Shown: positions 39,501 through 51,947 of the stretch, one piece after another | How positions within the stretch are numbered: position 1 is the stretch's first letter | Layout: each line of letters begins with the position of its first letter | Source of the DNA: Candidatus Eiseniibacteriota bacterium | Lineage (GTDB): Bacteria > Eisenbacteria > RBG-16-71-46 > CAIMUX01 > VGJL01 | Assembly (NCBI GenBank): GCA_963792585.1 | Contig: CAWBWI010000004.1 | Span: forward strand, 160,001-224,000 | DNA length: 64,000 bases | Direction: 5' to 3' | Position numbers and translations under genes: made by a program | Notes under the pieces: generated by a model | The model's input: only the letters and a program-made list of their open reading frames with translations | Told to the model about the DNA's origin: nothing | Database searches by the model: none

Positions 39501-41329
39501 GGTTCACTCTTCGCGGCGCGCGGACGCCGCTCTTCGCCGTGCTTGCGACGGCGTCCGCGGCGAGGCTCGTCTCCCTGCTCGCGCTCAAGGGCGATCTTTC
39601 GATCCGTGTCCCGCTGCTCGACGGGCTTCACTACATGACGACCGCGATCGGACTCGCCCATGGGCAAGGTTGGCCGCCCGGTCCCCACTTCATGGCTCCC
39701 ATCTATCCGTTCCTGCTCTCGGGGCTGTTCCGCATCGCGCCGGCGAGCGTCGTGACGGTGCAGGCGCTCCAGCTCGTCCTCGGCGTGCTGACGGCGGGGC
39801 TGATCTACCAGACCGGGCGACGGATGGGGCCGGCGGCCGGCCTGACAGCCGGGCTCCTGTATGCGATCTGCGGGCCCGCGATCGCATACGAAAACCAGGT
39901 GCTGATGGAGGCTCTGCTGGCGTTCTGCATCGCCGGGATCCTCTGGATCGAGGACGCGCCCGCGCGCGGTCCGCTGCGGGGCCTCGCGGCTGGGTTTGCG
40001 ATCGGGATCGCGACGGCGGGACGTCCCACGTATGTCTTCCTGCTTCCGCTGCTCTTCTTGGGAGCAGGGGACGGAAAGCGGACTGCAGTCTGGAGGAACC
40101 ATTTTCTGCTGGCGGGCCTGCTCGGCTTCGCGGTCGTCGTGGCACCGCCGAGCATCCACAACATGCGGGAAACCGGACGTCCGAGTCTCGTTACGACCAG
40201 CGGCGGCCTGAACCTCTACATCGGCAATCATCCCGGCGCCAGCGGCATCTACAGCCAGCCGCCCGGGCTCTTCCTCGAGAAGGACCCAACGGGCACGCGT
40301 TCCGCCTCGCAGATGGCGGGACGCTCCCTGACGCCCGCGGAGGCATCGGACTTCTACGCGGCCCGCGCCGTCGATTTCGTCAAGGAGAGGCCGGGCGCGG
40401 CGATCCGCCTCCTGTTCAAGAAGCTCGGCTACCTCCTCAGCCCCGTGGAGATCCCGCAGATCGAGAGCTTGGATGATCTGCGCCGCGATCACCTGAGCAT
40501 GCGGCTGCTAGGCCTGATTGGCTTTCCGATCCTCTTTCCGCTCGCGCTTCTGGGCGCCGTCGCGCACCGCGCGGGAACGCGAATCCGGCGGTCGTGCATC
40601 CTAGCAATCGCCGCAGGCGCGCTCGCGCACCTGGTCTTCTTCTCGACGGGACGCTACCGCGCGTCGATGTTGCCTGCATTCGCGATTCTCGCGGGCGCCG
40701 GTGGAGAGGTCTTGATCGCCCTCTTGAAGGACCGACGGGGATGGGGTCGGATCTGGCCGATCCCAGCCGCCATCGTCGTTCTCCTGGTCGCCCCCCGTGT
40801 CGACCGCTCGGCCGCCCGCGCGTGGTCGCTCCATCAAACCGGCATTCGCTACGAGAAGATCGGGGCGGATCGCGCGGCGGAGGAAGTCTATCGCCGGGCA
40901 CTCGAAGCCGATTCGACCCTTGGTGAATCGTGGCACAATCTCGCTGCGTGCGAGGCAAGACTGGGTCGGTCGTCCGAAGCCATCCAAACATACGAACGGG
41001 CGTTGCAGTACCTCGGGGAGAACTCGGTCACGCTCTACAACCTGGCCGTGATCTATGGGGGCCTCGGGCTCGACGATCGAGCGCTGGCCTATTTCAACCG
41101 ATCTGTGCTTGCCGACCCGGCGGATGCGGCCGTCCGCGTCGACCGAGGGGTGGCGCTCTACCGACTCGGACGCACGGACGAAGCATTCGCGGATTGGCGG
41201 CGGGTGGCGTCCCAGGCGCCCCAGGAGCCCTCGCTCGCCCGCACGCTGACCCGCCTCGCCCAACTCGGGGTGTCCCTCCCCCCGACTTGGCCCGGCATGT
41301 TCATAATTGATCATGAGTTGCCGGATTGA
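39497..41329 (+). CDS. GT-C fold (ArnT/PMT-like) membrane glycosyltransferase with C-terminal TPRs
   Basis: LLDGLHY, APIYPFLLS, multiple TM helices, GGLNLYIGN, RYR, TPR-like repeats. Confidence 0.75.
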   Translation: MRFTLRGARTPLFAVLATASAARLVSLLALKGDLSIRVPLLDGLHYMTTAIGLAHGQGWPPGPHFMAPIYPFLLSGLFRIAPASVVTVQALQLVLGVLTAGLIYQTGRRMGPAAGLTAGLLYAICGPAIAYENQVLMEALLAFCIAGILWIEDAPARGPLRGLAAGFAIGIATAGRPTYVFLLPLLFLGAGDGKRTAVWRNHFLLAGLLGFAVVVAPPSIHNMRETGRPSLVTTSGGLNLYIGNHPGASGIYSQPPGLFLEKDPTGTRSASQMAGRSLTPAEASDFYAARAVDFVKERPGAAIRLLFKKLGYLLSPVEIPQIESLDDLRRDHLSMRLLGLIGFPILFPLALLGAVAHRAGTRIRRSCILAIAAGALAHLVFFSTGRYRASMLPAFAILAGAGGEVLIALLKDRRGWGRIWPIPAAIVVLLVAPRVDRSAARAWSLHQTGIRYEKIGADRAAEEVYRRALEADSTLGESWHNLAACEARLGRSSEAIQTYERALQYLGENSVTLYNLAVIYGGLGLDDRALAYFNRSVLADPADAAVRVDRGVALYRLGRTDEAFADWRRVASQAPQEPSLARTLTRLAQLGVSLPPTWPGMFIIDHELPD

Positions 41330-41418
41330 CAGGCGTTCGTTAGAAACCTGGAACGGCCGTTGGTCGCAGCTTTGTTACCGAAGGATCTGTCGTCAGACAG
41401 TGGTGACGGAAAGGTCTC

Positions 41419-42281
41419 ATGGTTCGGCATCCCCCTTGGCGCCTACGGGGTGTTCGAGCCGCCGGTGGACGGCTGGACACCGATCGGACCCGATACCTAC
41501 ACCCTCGACTTGATCGGCGGTGAAGTGTAGAACGTCAACTTCTTCAACGTGAAGCTCGACGAGTGCTACGGCGCGTGCTGCTTCGACGATGGCACTTGCC
41601 GCTATCGCCGCCTTCCCACCCAAAGCGAATCTCGCCGTGACGACGATCCAGTTCGGGATCCGCCACAATCTCCCCCCCAATCTCGGCTACTTCGCGCGGT
41701 GGGCGGCCTGTGGTCCATCTCCCCTGGAACTGCCGGACACCGGATGGCCCGAGCCCAACGACTGCGGCAACCTCGTTGCCTACAGCGGGCCTGTTGCCGC
41801 GCAGATCTTCCCGTTCTATTGGTTCGCTGCCATCGGCGTGGTCGACGGTTACCTGGGCACCCGGACCTAGCCGACAACGAATGAGGCGAAGTTCGTCGAT
41901 GACGGCAACCCGCCCGTCGAGGATCTGTGCGTGCTCTTCGGGACGGTCCGGTGAGGCGCTGCGGGCGAGAACCAATGCCCCGTCGCGTTGATCGGAGCTT
42001 GTTGTACTCTCGGTGCCGACTGCCAGATCCTCGGTGAGGACGAGTGCGCGGTGCTCGGCGGCACGTACATCGACGGCACGGCCTGCGAGCCTGATCCTTG
42101 TGCAATTCCCACGGGGGCCTGTTGCCTGACGGGCGACGCGTGCGTCGTCGTCACCCTCGCGGAGTGCGAGCAGCAAGGGGGAACCTACCAATGGCACGAT
42201 ACCCTCTGCGATCCGAATCCCTGTACGGCAACCCGATTCCGGGTGACAACGTGGGGAGAGGTCCGCGCGACCTTCAGATAG
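41419..42281 (+). pseudogene. mosaic remnant of a secreted Cys-rich (GACC repeat) protein
   Basis: In-frame stops at 41528, 41868 and 41952 and a frame switch near 41600; three GACC motifs; C-terminal TTWGEVRATFR; no signal peptide. Confidence 0.6.
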
Positions 42282-42297
42282 ACAGCGCCTGTCGTGC

Positions 42298-42333
42298 GAA
42301 GGCCCGCCCCAGCCTGCGCCGGGGCGGGCCTTC
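42298..42333. terminator. hairpin between convergent units
   Basis: GAAGGCCCGCCCC...GGGGCGGGCCTTC inverted repeat. Confidence 0.6.
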
Positions 42334-42362
42334 ATGCTCGCCCGGTCGATCCTGACCCGGGC

Positions 42363-42530
42363 TCAGCGAAGGTTCACGATCCTCCGGGCTTCGGCGCGAT
42401 GATCCGATTCCGCGCGCACCCAGTAGTTGCCCGCGGAGACCGCGCGTCCATCATCGTTCCTTCCATCCCAAACCAATGTCGAACCGGGACCGGCTTCCTC
42501 AACGGCGAACCCACGGATCCGCTGTCCGCA
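42363..42530 (-). pseudogene. orphan C-terminal fragment of a FlgD-like Ig domain
   Basis: GQRIRGF...LVWDGRNDDGRAVSAGNYWVR resembles the C25 tail VVWDGRDDAGRSVGSGIYFYR. Confidence 0.6.
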
Positions 42531-42558
42531 AGTGCGACGAGACCTCGGGTCCGGCGGA

Positions 42559-45004
42559 CTATGCTCCCTGGGCGGTCCCGTCATCGGTTCCGGCGGCAGC
42601 CTGTTTCATCGCCGTGATGAACCCGCGCAGCCTCTCGTCGACGCGCGCGAAGACGGAGCCCTGCGCCCAGCGCCCGTCCTCCCCGCGCTCTCCCGCGACC
42701 ACTCCCGAGAGGATCTGGATCCCCTCGCCGACCGTCCGGACGGCGTAGATGTGGAAGGTCCCATTCGCGACCGCCTCGATCACCGAGCGCCGCAGCATCA
42801 GATCGGGGACGTTCAGATGCGGGATCAGGACACCCTGGTGCCCCGTGAGTCCCCGCGCACGACAGACCTCGAAGAACCCCTCGATCTTCTCGTTCACGCC
42901 ACCGATCGGCTGGATCTCTCCGTGCTGGTTCACGCTTCCGGTCACAGCGAGATCCTGCCGGAGCGGAACGTCGGCGAGACTGCTGAGCAGCGCGTACACC
43001 TCCGTCGACGAGGCGCTGTCCCCGTCCACACCCCCGTACGATTGCTCGAAGCAGAGCGAGGCGCTCATCGCCAACGGCTTGTCCTGAGCGAAATGGTGCC
43101 GAATGAAGCCCTCGAGGATCAGCACTCCTTTGCTGTGGCTGCTCCCCGAAAGCTCCGCCTCCCTCTCGATGTTGATGACCCCGGCGCGGCCGACGCTCGT
43201 CATCGCCGTGATCCGAGTGGGCCGGCCGAATCGGTAGTCTCCCAGGTCGTACACGGAGAGGCCGTTCACCTGCCCGATCTTGGCGCCGTCGGAGTCGATG
43301 AGAACGGTCCCCTCGATGATCATCTCCTGGATCCTGTCCTCGATGAGTCCCACGCGGCGGGTGCGTTGCTCGATCGCCTTGTGGATGTGGGGGTCCCGAA
43401 CCACGGGACTGCCGACGTCCTGGGCCCAGTAGGAGGATTCCCGCAGGAGGTCGGCGATCTCGCTGAATCGCGTGGTCAGCTTCGCCTGGCGGCCCGCGAT
43501 CCGCACCCCTTGCTCGATCACGGCGGCCACACCTGTTCGATCCAGGGGCAGTAGCCCTTCCGTGCTCTGGATCTTGCGGATGAACTTCGTATAGCGATCG
43601 AGATTGGTTTCGTCGCGAACCATGAAGGAGTCGAACTCCGCCTTCACCTTGAAGATCTTCCGGAAGTCGGGGTCGTAGTTGTAGAGAATCCGATAGGTCC
43701 AGGCATCTCCGATCATGACGACCCGCACCTGGACCGGAATCGGCTCGGGCTTCAGCGCGGACGCGGAGAAGAGATACAGCGGGTCGTACCCCTGGATGTC
43801 GACCAGCCGGTTCTTGAGCGTCCGCTTGAGGGCCGACCAGACACCGGGCTCGCCGATGAGGTCGTAGAGGTGCAGGACGAGGAATCCGCCGTTTGCGCGG
43901 AGCAGGGAGCCTGCCTTGATGTGCGTGAAATCGCTGCGCCAGTGGCCGGAGCGGTCGACGACCTTCTCGATCGTGCCGAAGAGGTTCCGGTAGTTCGGCG
44001 AGGTCTCGACGATCACGGGCGCGCGCGTCACCGACCCGTTGTCGACGAGGACGTTGACCTGATACTGCAGGAAGCGCTCGTCGTTCGGGTCGGGATGGGG
44101 TGCGGGCTGTTCCTCGCCGTCCCGCTCCGTGAACTGGTCCATGTTGGAGAGAATCTGCTCGCGCACGCCGTCGAGGTACTCGTGCACCTTCGGATTATCG
44201 TGCACGGTCTTCAGGTCGCTCAGATAGCCGTCCACCACGGGTCGGCCGAACTCCTTCTCGAGGTCGGCGAGCTCGAGGCGGAGCTTGCGCTTCAGATCCC
44301 GGGCTTCCCGGAAGGTGTCCTCCATGAGCGCCGTCAGATCCTGGTACTTCTGCCGCAACCGGTCGAACTCCTCGCGCGGGAACTTCCCCTCGCGCACCGA
44401 CCCCTCGAGCCGGTCGATCTGCTGCGGCTCGCCGGCGATCAGCGGGGCGATCTCGGGTTTCGAGAACGGCCCGAGCTGAACCTGGATCAGCGCGAAGCTC
44501 TCCGCCTTGATCCGCTCCTCGAACAGGTGGACCAGGTCCTTCTCCCGCTGCTTGTAGCGCTCGACGATCTCCTTGGTTCGCTCCTTGTAGGCGTCGCTCT
44601 CGTAGATCTGCTGGATGCTGGTGCGCATGTGGAGGATCAGATCCTGCATCCCGCGCCTGAGATTGGTTCCCTGTCCGGCCGGCAGCGGGATCGCGACCGG
44701 CGTGTCGGGATCCTTGAAATTGTTGACGTAGATCGACGTCGGGAGGGACATCGTGCGGCACTTCAGTCGTTTCGAGGAGATGACGGACCGATGTCGTGCG
44801 CCCGGTGCCCGCTTCCCCCGCTACGAAGACGTTGTGCCCCTTGCTGCGGACGCGTAGACCGAGGCGGATCGCGTCGACGGCGCGGTCCTGTCCGATGATC
44901 CCCTCGCTGCACGGAATCTCGTCGGTGGTCTCGAAGGGCAGACTCGCGGGGTCGCAGCGCCAGCGGAGCTGCTCCGGCTTCAATTCGAGATCTCGCGGCT
45001 CCAT
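42559..45004 (-). CDS. Lon-family (LonC-like) S16 protease; frameshift near 44745
   Basis: IIGQDRA, YVNNF, GSLLRANGG, GQVNGLSV, GDSASS, QPIGGVNEKIEGFF (Ser-Lys dyad). Confidence 0.9.
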
Positions 45005-45026
45005 CGTGGTCTCCTCTCGCTTGGAG

Positions 45027-45848
45027 TCAGGCGTCGAGCGGGAACTCCCGCAGATTCGGGTTCAGGCGCGTCTTGCTATCGGTCGATTCTCCCCGCTCCG
45101 CAATGACCAGGGCGCACGGGACATGGAAGATTCCGGCCGGAAAGGAGCGCGGCCAGGTCCCCGGCACGACCACCACCCCGGGAGGCACCACACCGCGAAG
45201 GACGGCCGGTTCCGCGCCGCGAACATCGATGATCGGAGTCGAAGCGGTGAGGACGGTACCCGCGCCGAGAACGGCGCCATGCCGGACGCGTACGCCCTCG
45301 ACGACGATGCAGCGGGAGCCCAGGAAGACGTCATCTTCGATGATGACCGGATCGCTCTGGACCGGCTCGAGCACGCCGCCGATGCCGACTCCGCCGGAGA
45401 CGTGCACGTTGCGTCCGACCTGTGCGCAGCTCCCGACGGTCGCCCATGTATCGATCATCGTGCCGGCGCCGACCTAGGCGCCGACGTTCACGTAGGCGGG
45501 CATCACGACCACGCCGGGTTCCAGGAACGCTCCGTAGCGGACCATCCCGGGCGGCACGAGGCGGATCCCTTGGGACTCCAGGTCGTGCTTCGTGGGAACC
45601 TTGTCCCGGTACTCGAAGGGGCCGCAAGGGATCGTGCGCGTCTCGGTCCTGCGGAAATAGAGGAGGACGGCCATGCGGACCCACGGGTGAACCGTCCATC
45701 CGCCTTCGGAGGGCTCGGCAACGCGAACCTCGCCGCGATCGAGTGCGTCCATGGTCTCGAGGACCGCAGCCCCCGCCTCGGCCGTCTGCGCGTACGACCC
45801 ATCGTCGAAGGCTCGCGCGATGGTCGCCGCCGTCTGCGTGAGGTTCAC
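45027..45848 (-). CDS. dapD: tetrahydrodipicolinate N-succinyltransferase; in-frame TAG at 45474
   Basis: [52 protein letters not shown]. Confidence 0.92.
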
Positions 45849-47003
45849 AGGATCGCCTCCAGGATCGCCGCCGCCTCTCGGCACAGCTCGACCGTCGGCA
45901 CGAGCGCCATCCGGACGTATCCTTCGCCCCGCGCGCCGAAGTAGCTGCCGGGGGTGAGGACGAGTCCCGCTCGAGGAGTCGCGAGGCGAAACGACTTCCG
46001 ACGACGCCCCCTCGGGCACCTGATCCAGAGGTAGAAGGTCGCCTCGCTCCCGGCGATCCGGAGTCCCTTGCGCGCGAGAACGGGCAGCAGGACGTCCCGC
46101 TTCGCCCGGTAGAGGTCGCGTTGCTCGGCGACGTGCGCCTCGTCGTCCCAGGCGGCGACCGCCGCGTGCTGCGACGAAGAGTGGGGTGGCGACCCCTTGG
46201 CTCGGCCGTACGGTCCGCAGGAGCATCCGATCATCTCCGGATCGCCGGCGATCAAGCCGCTGCGGTAGCCGGTCATCGCCGAGCGCTTCGAGAGCGTGTT
46301 GAGGACGACGAGACCCTCGATCCCGGCTTGCATCGCGGAGACCGGCGGCGCAGTCGAACCAGAGCTCGCTGTAGGCCTCGTCGCTGGCCACCCAGAAGCC
46401 GTGCGTGCGCGCCAGATCGAGGCCGTGCCGGTAGAGGTCGAGCCGGGGCGTGGCGCCCGTCGGGTTGTTCGGGTAGTTCAGCCAGAGCAAGCGCCGTGCG
46501 CCTCCAGGTCTCCGGAGAGATCGCGTCGAGGTCCGGGCAGGAAACCACGCTCCTCGCGAAGGGGCACGAACTCCGGGATGCCGCCCGCGAAGCGCGGTCC
46601 CGATCTCGTAGACGGGATACGCCGGATCGGGAATCAGGACGATCCTGCGCTCGGAGAACGGATCGATCACCGCCTGATGGAGCAGGTAGACCGCCTCCTT
46701 CGAACCGTTCGAGGGCAGGACGTGGCGGTCCGGATCCAGCTCGATCTCGAATCGCCTGCGGATCCAGTCGGCCATGGCGCGTCCGCTGCGCGACCGGCCC
46801 GATCGCGGGCGGATAGCTCGCGCGATCCGGCACGCCGTCCAGGAGCGCCTGCGGATCCGGTCCGGCGTCCGTTCCTGCGGATCACCCATCCCGAAGTCGA
46901 TGATGCGGATCCCGCGGGCGGCCGCCGCTCGCTTCTTGCCTTCTCGAGTCGGACGAACGGATAGGTCCCAAGGCCGATCAAAGGCGCGGTTCCGCGGTCT
47001 CAT
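45845..47003 (-). CDS. dapC: class I/II aminotransferase, probably succinyldiaminopimelate transaminase; multiple frameshifts
   Basis: NGSKEA, PDPAYPVYE, WLNYPNNPTGA, SDEAYSE, TLSKRSAMTGYRSG; between dapE and dapD. Confidence 0.82.
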
Positions 47004-48085
47004 GCCTCCCTCCTTCTCCCGAACGGGCTGTCACCCTCGAGGAACGCCATCGAGGTCGACCAGGCATCGCTCGAGGGATGCGAGCTCGGTTCTCTCGTCA
47101 TTCGCGGTGCGCGAGCTGTGGATCGCCCGGGCCGAAGTTCAGGGCCGGGATGCCGCTCTCGCTGAACTGCGCCACATCGGTCCACGCCTGCTTCGCCCGG
47201 CTCGCCGCGCCGCTTCCCTCGCACGAAGGTCGCGAAGAGCGGCTGATCGAGCGGGATGGCCCCCGATGGCGCAACATCGAGCACCCGCACCTCGTCCGCT
47301 CCCTCGGCCAGCGCAAGGACCGCGGCGCGCCCCCGCGCGCGGTCCCAGCCGGGAGGGAAACGGTAGTTGAGGTTTGCGATCAGCTCTCCCGGAACGACGT
47401 TGCGCGCGATGCCGGCGCGCAGCGTCGTGACGGTCGCGGTTTCGCGGAAGCGTGTAGACCTGGATGTCGATGCTCCGGCGGCGCGAAATCGACGATCCGC
47501 TCGAGCCACGGCAGGGCGACGGAATCGCGCTTCGGCCCAGCCAGGGACGCGCGCTGTGGCAGGCCTCGCCCTGGAACACGGCCTCGAGGTTGATCGTCCC
47601 CACGCATCCGACCTCGACTCGTCGCCGGTCGGTTCGCACAGGATCGCCAGCCCTGCCTCGAGTGCCCAGGAGGCCGGTCCGTCCAGCAGCCGCGCGCAGG
47701 TCGTTCTGTTCGATCGGCCCCTCCTCACCCGCATACAGGATCGCCCCGACGCGCGCCCAGCCGGACCCGATCGCCTCGCGGTCGAGCAGCGAGGCGATCA
47801 CGGCGAGGCCGCCCTTCATATCGGCGGCCCCCCTGCCCCAAAGCGTAGCCGCCGTCCCGGTCGCGGGTTCTCGTTGCCTTGCGGCGGAACGGTGTCGAGG
47901 TGCCCTGCGAGAACGACGAGGGGGCGTCCGTCGTCGGCGGGCGGGACGAGCACGCCCTTGTCGTGCAGTTGGACCTCGCGGCCCCCACGCGATAGGCGAT
48001 CGCGCAGGTGGAGCGCCAGGGCCGTCTCATTCCCGGTGACGCTCGAAATCGCCACCAATACTGCCGTTTCATCGAGCAGGTCCAT
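47000..48085 (-). CDS. dapE: succinyl-diaminopimelate desuccinylase (M20); multiple frameshifts
   Basis: [45 protein letters not shown]. Confidence 0.85.
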
Positions 48086-48224
48086 CCGCCGATTCCTCTC
48101 CGGGGGCAGGGCTCCCGGCCAGAGCGTAAGGGGGGCCGGCCGCCCATTCAATCGAGCGGTTCTCGACGTTCTGCTATCGTGACGTCGCCGAATCGGATCG
48201 GCGAAGGTCGGCGACGGCACCACG

Positions 48225-49163
48225 ATGACACCAACCTGGAGCGAATGGCGGGAATCGGTCGAGCGGGCCGCAGACGAGGCCGAACACCTCCCTGCGCCCG
48301 CCGGAGCCTATCCCACGCCGTCCGGGATTCTCCGCCGATGCGACCGTCTCCTCCGCGAGCACGCGGGACGGCCTGAGCGGATCGGCCGAAGCATCGAGGG
48401 CCGACCGATCTGGTCTCTGCGATTCGGTCCCGAGGGGGCGGGGGGCGGGCTCCTGATCTCCCTATTGCACGCCTGCGAGTATGTCGGCGCCCTCGCGCTG
48501 CTCGCCGCGGCCGAGCGAACGCTCTCGGCGAATCCGGACTGTCCCCTCACGATCGTGCCGGTCGCCAACCCGGACGGCGCCGAGCGCGCTTACAGGGCGG
48601 CCTTCGAACTTTCGTTCCGATTCCATCGGGGGAACGCGCGCGGCATCGATCTGAACCGCAACTTCCCGCTCACCCACCGGCGCGGCGGGGTTTGGGGGAT
48701 GCTCCCCTGGTATCGCAGCGGACCGAGCCCCGCGAGCGAACCGGAGACGGAGGCGCTCGTCGATCTCGCGCGGACCCTTCGCCCCACGCGCGCGATCAGC
48801 TTCCACAGCTTCGGACGCTGGGTCTTCCTGCCCCCCGCGTACCGTCGGGATCCGTGGCCCCAGACGGCCGCCCAGCGACGGACCATCGAGGAAGCCGGCG
48901 GGGCGCGCGCGATCGGATATCGATCGACGCAACTCGGACGGTGGGCTGTCTGGTTTCGGGCCTACGGCACAGAAATCGACTTCCTGGCCGGAGAGATCGG
49001 GGCGAGTGCCTTCCTGATCGAGGTCTCGGGGGGCGGAATCGGGCGATGGGGATTGCGCCGGCTCCCGATCCCCTTCTTCGCCTACAACCCACCCGCGCCG
49101 GAGCTGGAGATCGACCGAATCGCGGACTTCTGCGCGCGCATCATCGCTCCTCCTAGGGGCTGA
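48225..49163 (+). CDS. M14 zinc carboxypeptidase family protein
   Basis: HACE (HxxE), VANPDG, NARGIDLNRNF, SEPET, SFHS. Confidence 0.85.
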   Translation: MTPTWSEWRESVERAADEAEHLPAPAGAYPTPSGILRRCDRLLREHAGRPERIGRSIEGRPIWSLRFGPEGAGGGLLISLLHACEYVGALALLAAAERTLSANPDCPLTIVPVANPDGAERAYRAAFELSFRFHRGNARGIDLNRNFPLTHRRGGVWGMLPWYRSGPSPASEPETEALVDLARTLRPTRAISFHSFGRWVFLPPAYRRDPWPQTAAQRRTIEEAGGARAIGYRSTQLGRWAVWFRAYGTEIDFLAGEIGASAFLIEVSGGGIGRWGLRRLPIPFFAYNPPAPELEIDRIADFCARIIAPPRG

Positions 49164-50653
49164 AGCGCAGCACGACGGTATAGGGTTCCTCCAGCTCGAA
49201 GACCGGGAAGAAGTGGCTCTGCTCCGCCTGCACGGCGGGGATCAGATAGCGAACGATGTCGTCGTACGGGATCGCGGAGACGAGAACGTAGTCGACCCCC
49301 TCATTCGCCATCCACGCGATCAACTTCGCCGGATCCTCCTCGCGCGGGAAACTCTCCGCGCGACGATTCGTGACGAACGTCAGCATGGCCGGCTTCCGAT
49401 CGACGATGAGCGCATCGGGAGCGGTGTGATCACGAATCCACGCGGCCGCCTGGAAATAGGAGGCCCACGGCTCGGGATAGCTCCGCGCGCCCTGCGCGAC
49501 GGCCGCCTGATTCTTCACCCCCAGCAGCACCCAGACCCCGAGCAGGACGGCCGCGACGACGGGCCGACGTGGAAAGCGACTCGCCCCGATCCCGAGCCCC
49601 CAGAGAAGCCCCCGGAAGAGAAGCAGCGCGAAGAGCGGCAGGACGGGGACCAGGAAACGGAGCCCAGTCCAGAGATTCGGCCAGAGCAAGTTGATAAAGA
49701 GGTAGAAGACGAGGTAGATGGCGATCGGTTCGCGACCGCGCAGGGAAAGGAACATCCCAACCCCCACGAGAAGGAGCGGAATCCACGCGATCGCGAGGGG
49801 AAGGAACTGATACCGCAGTTCGGGAGGATTGTAGGTCCACCGGAAGATGACGGGGAGCAGCCCGGTCGGAATCTCACCGGCCAGGTAGATCCGGACGTTT
49901 TCTCCAAATCGAGCGATCCAGCCGGATGCGTCGAGCCGTCCCCACTCCGGATGGAACGGATTGACCTGCAGGAGTTGGGAGACGTACGGATTCGCAGGAC
50001 CGAACAACGTACGGAGTCCCCAGGGCAGGAGCAGGACCGCCGAGACGACGCAGAAGAACACCTTCGTCCGCCGCGCCGTATCGGGACGTGCCATGAGAGC
50101 GACCGCGATGCCCGCCCACAGGGCGAGCCCGACCGAGCGCGTGTAGAAGGTTGCGGCGGCGGCGAGAGCGACCCCGACCACCACCCCGCGCCCGTTGCGT
50201 CCGATTCGATCGAACGCCTCGAGGGCAAGGAGCGAGAAGAAGAGGTAGGGCACCTCGGACATGACGTAGTGCCCGTACTCGAGGACGGGAACCAGGGTGA
50301 CGGCAATCCACGCGATCGGCGGACCCCACCCGTTCGGAAACGTCCGCACCGCCCGCCGCATCAACAGGGCGGCGGAGCCCAGATAGAACAGGTAGACGAG
50401 AATCTTCTGCGGCAGGAGCGCCATCCCGAAGAGCGATTGGGGCAGGGCGAGGAGCCAGGCGAAGAGCGGCGGGTACTTCGCGCTCCCCCAGAGAACGCCG
50501 TGGCGCGCCGACTCGGCGAGTCGCATGTAATCGACGTTGTCTCCGTTGACGTAGAGCTTCGGATCGAAGGTGACCAGGCTGGATATCACTACCAGGCCCA
50601 TCCAGAGGAGGGGCCAGGCCGGACCGCGCAGGCGCCGGGAATCCGGCGGCGCC

Positions 50654-51721
<1,068 letters not shown>

Positions 51722-51947
51722 ACAAGGCCCCTTTCCACGCAGAGTTGGGCGGATTCTAGGGGATCGCCGCGGACGCCGCCAAGGGGAACTCCTCCCCGTT
51801 CGGCGGCACTTTCTCGCCCTCCGGAGCGGAGACCACCTTCTCAGCAACTCCAACTCCTGCTACAATTAACGTGATCTGTTATACGGACCCGTCCTGACTT
51901 CGATCGGACGGATCGTTGGTCGTCGATCCCGCGGAGCGGAGGAATTC

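Noticed and set aside
30918..45476. Genome-wide TAG reassignment or pyrrolysine
   Set aside because: TAG is the evident stop of several genes here (B12-binding subunit, yajC, ruvB, PASTA protein), and no pyl genes or suppressor tRNA are seen in the window.
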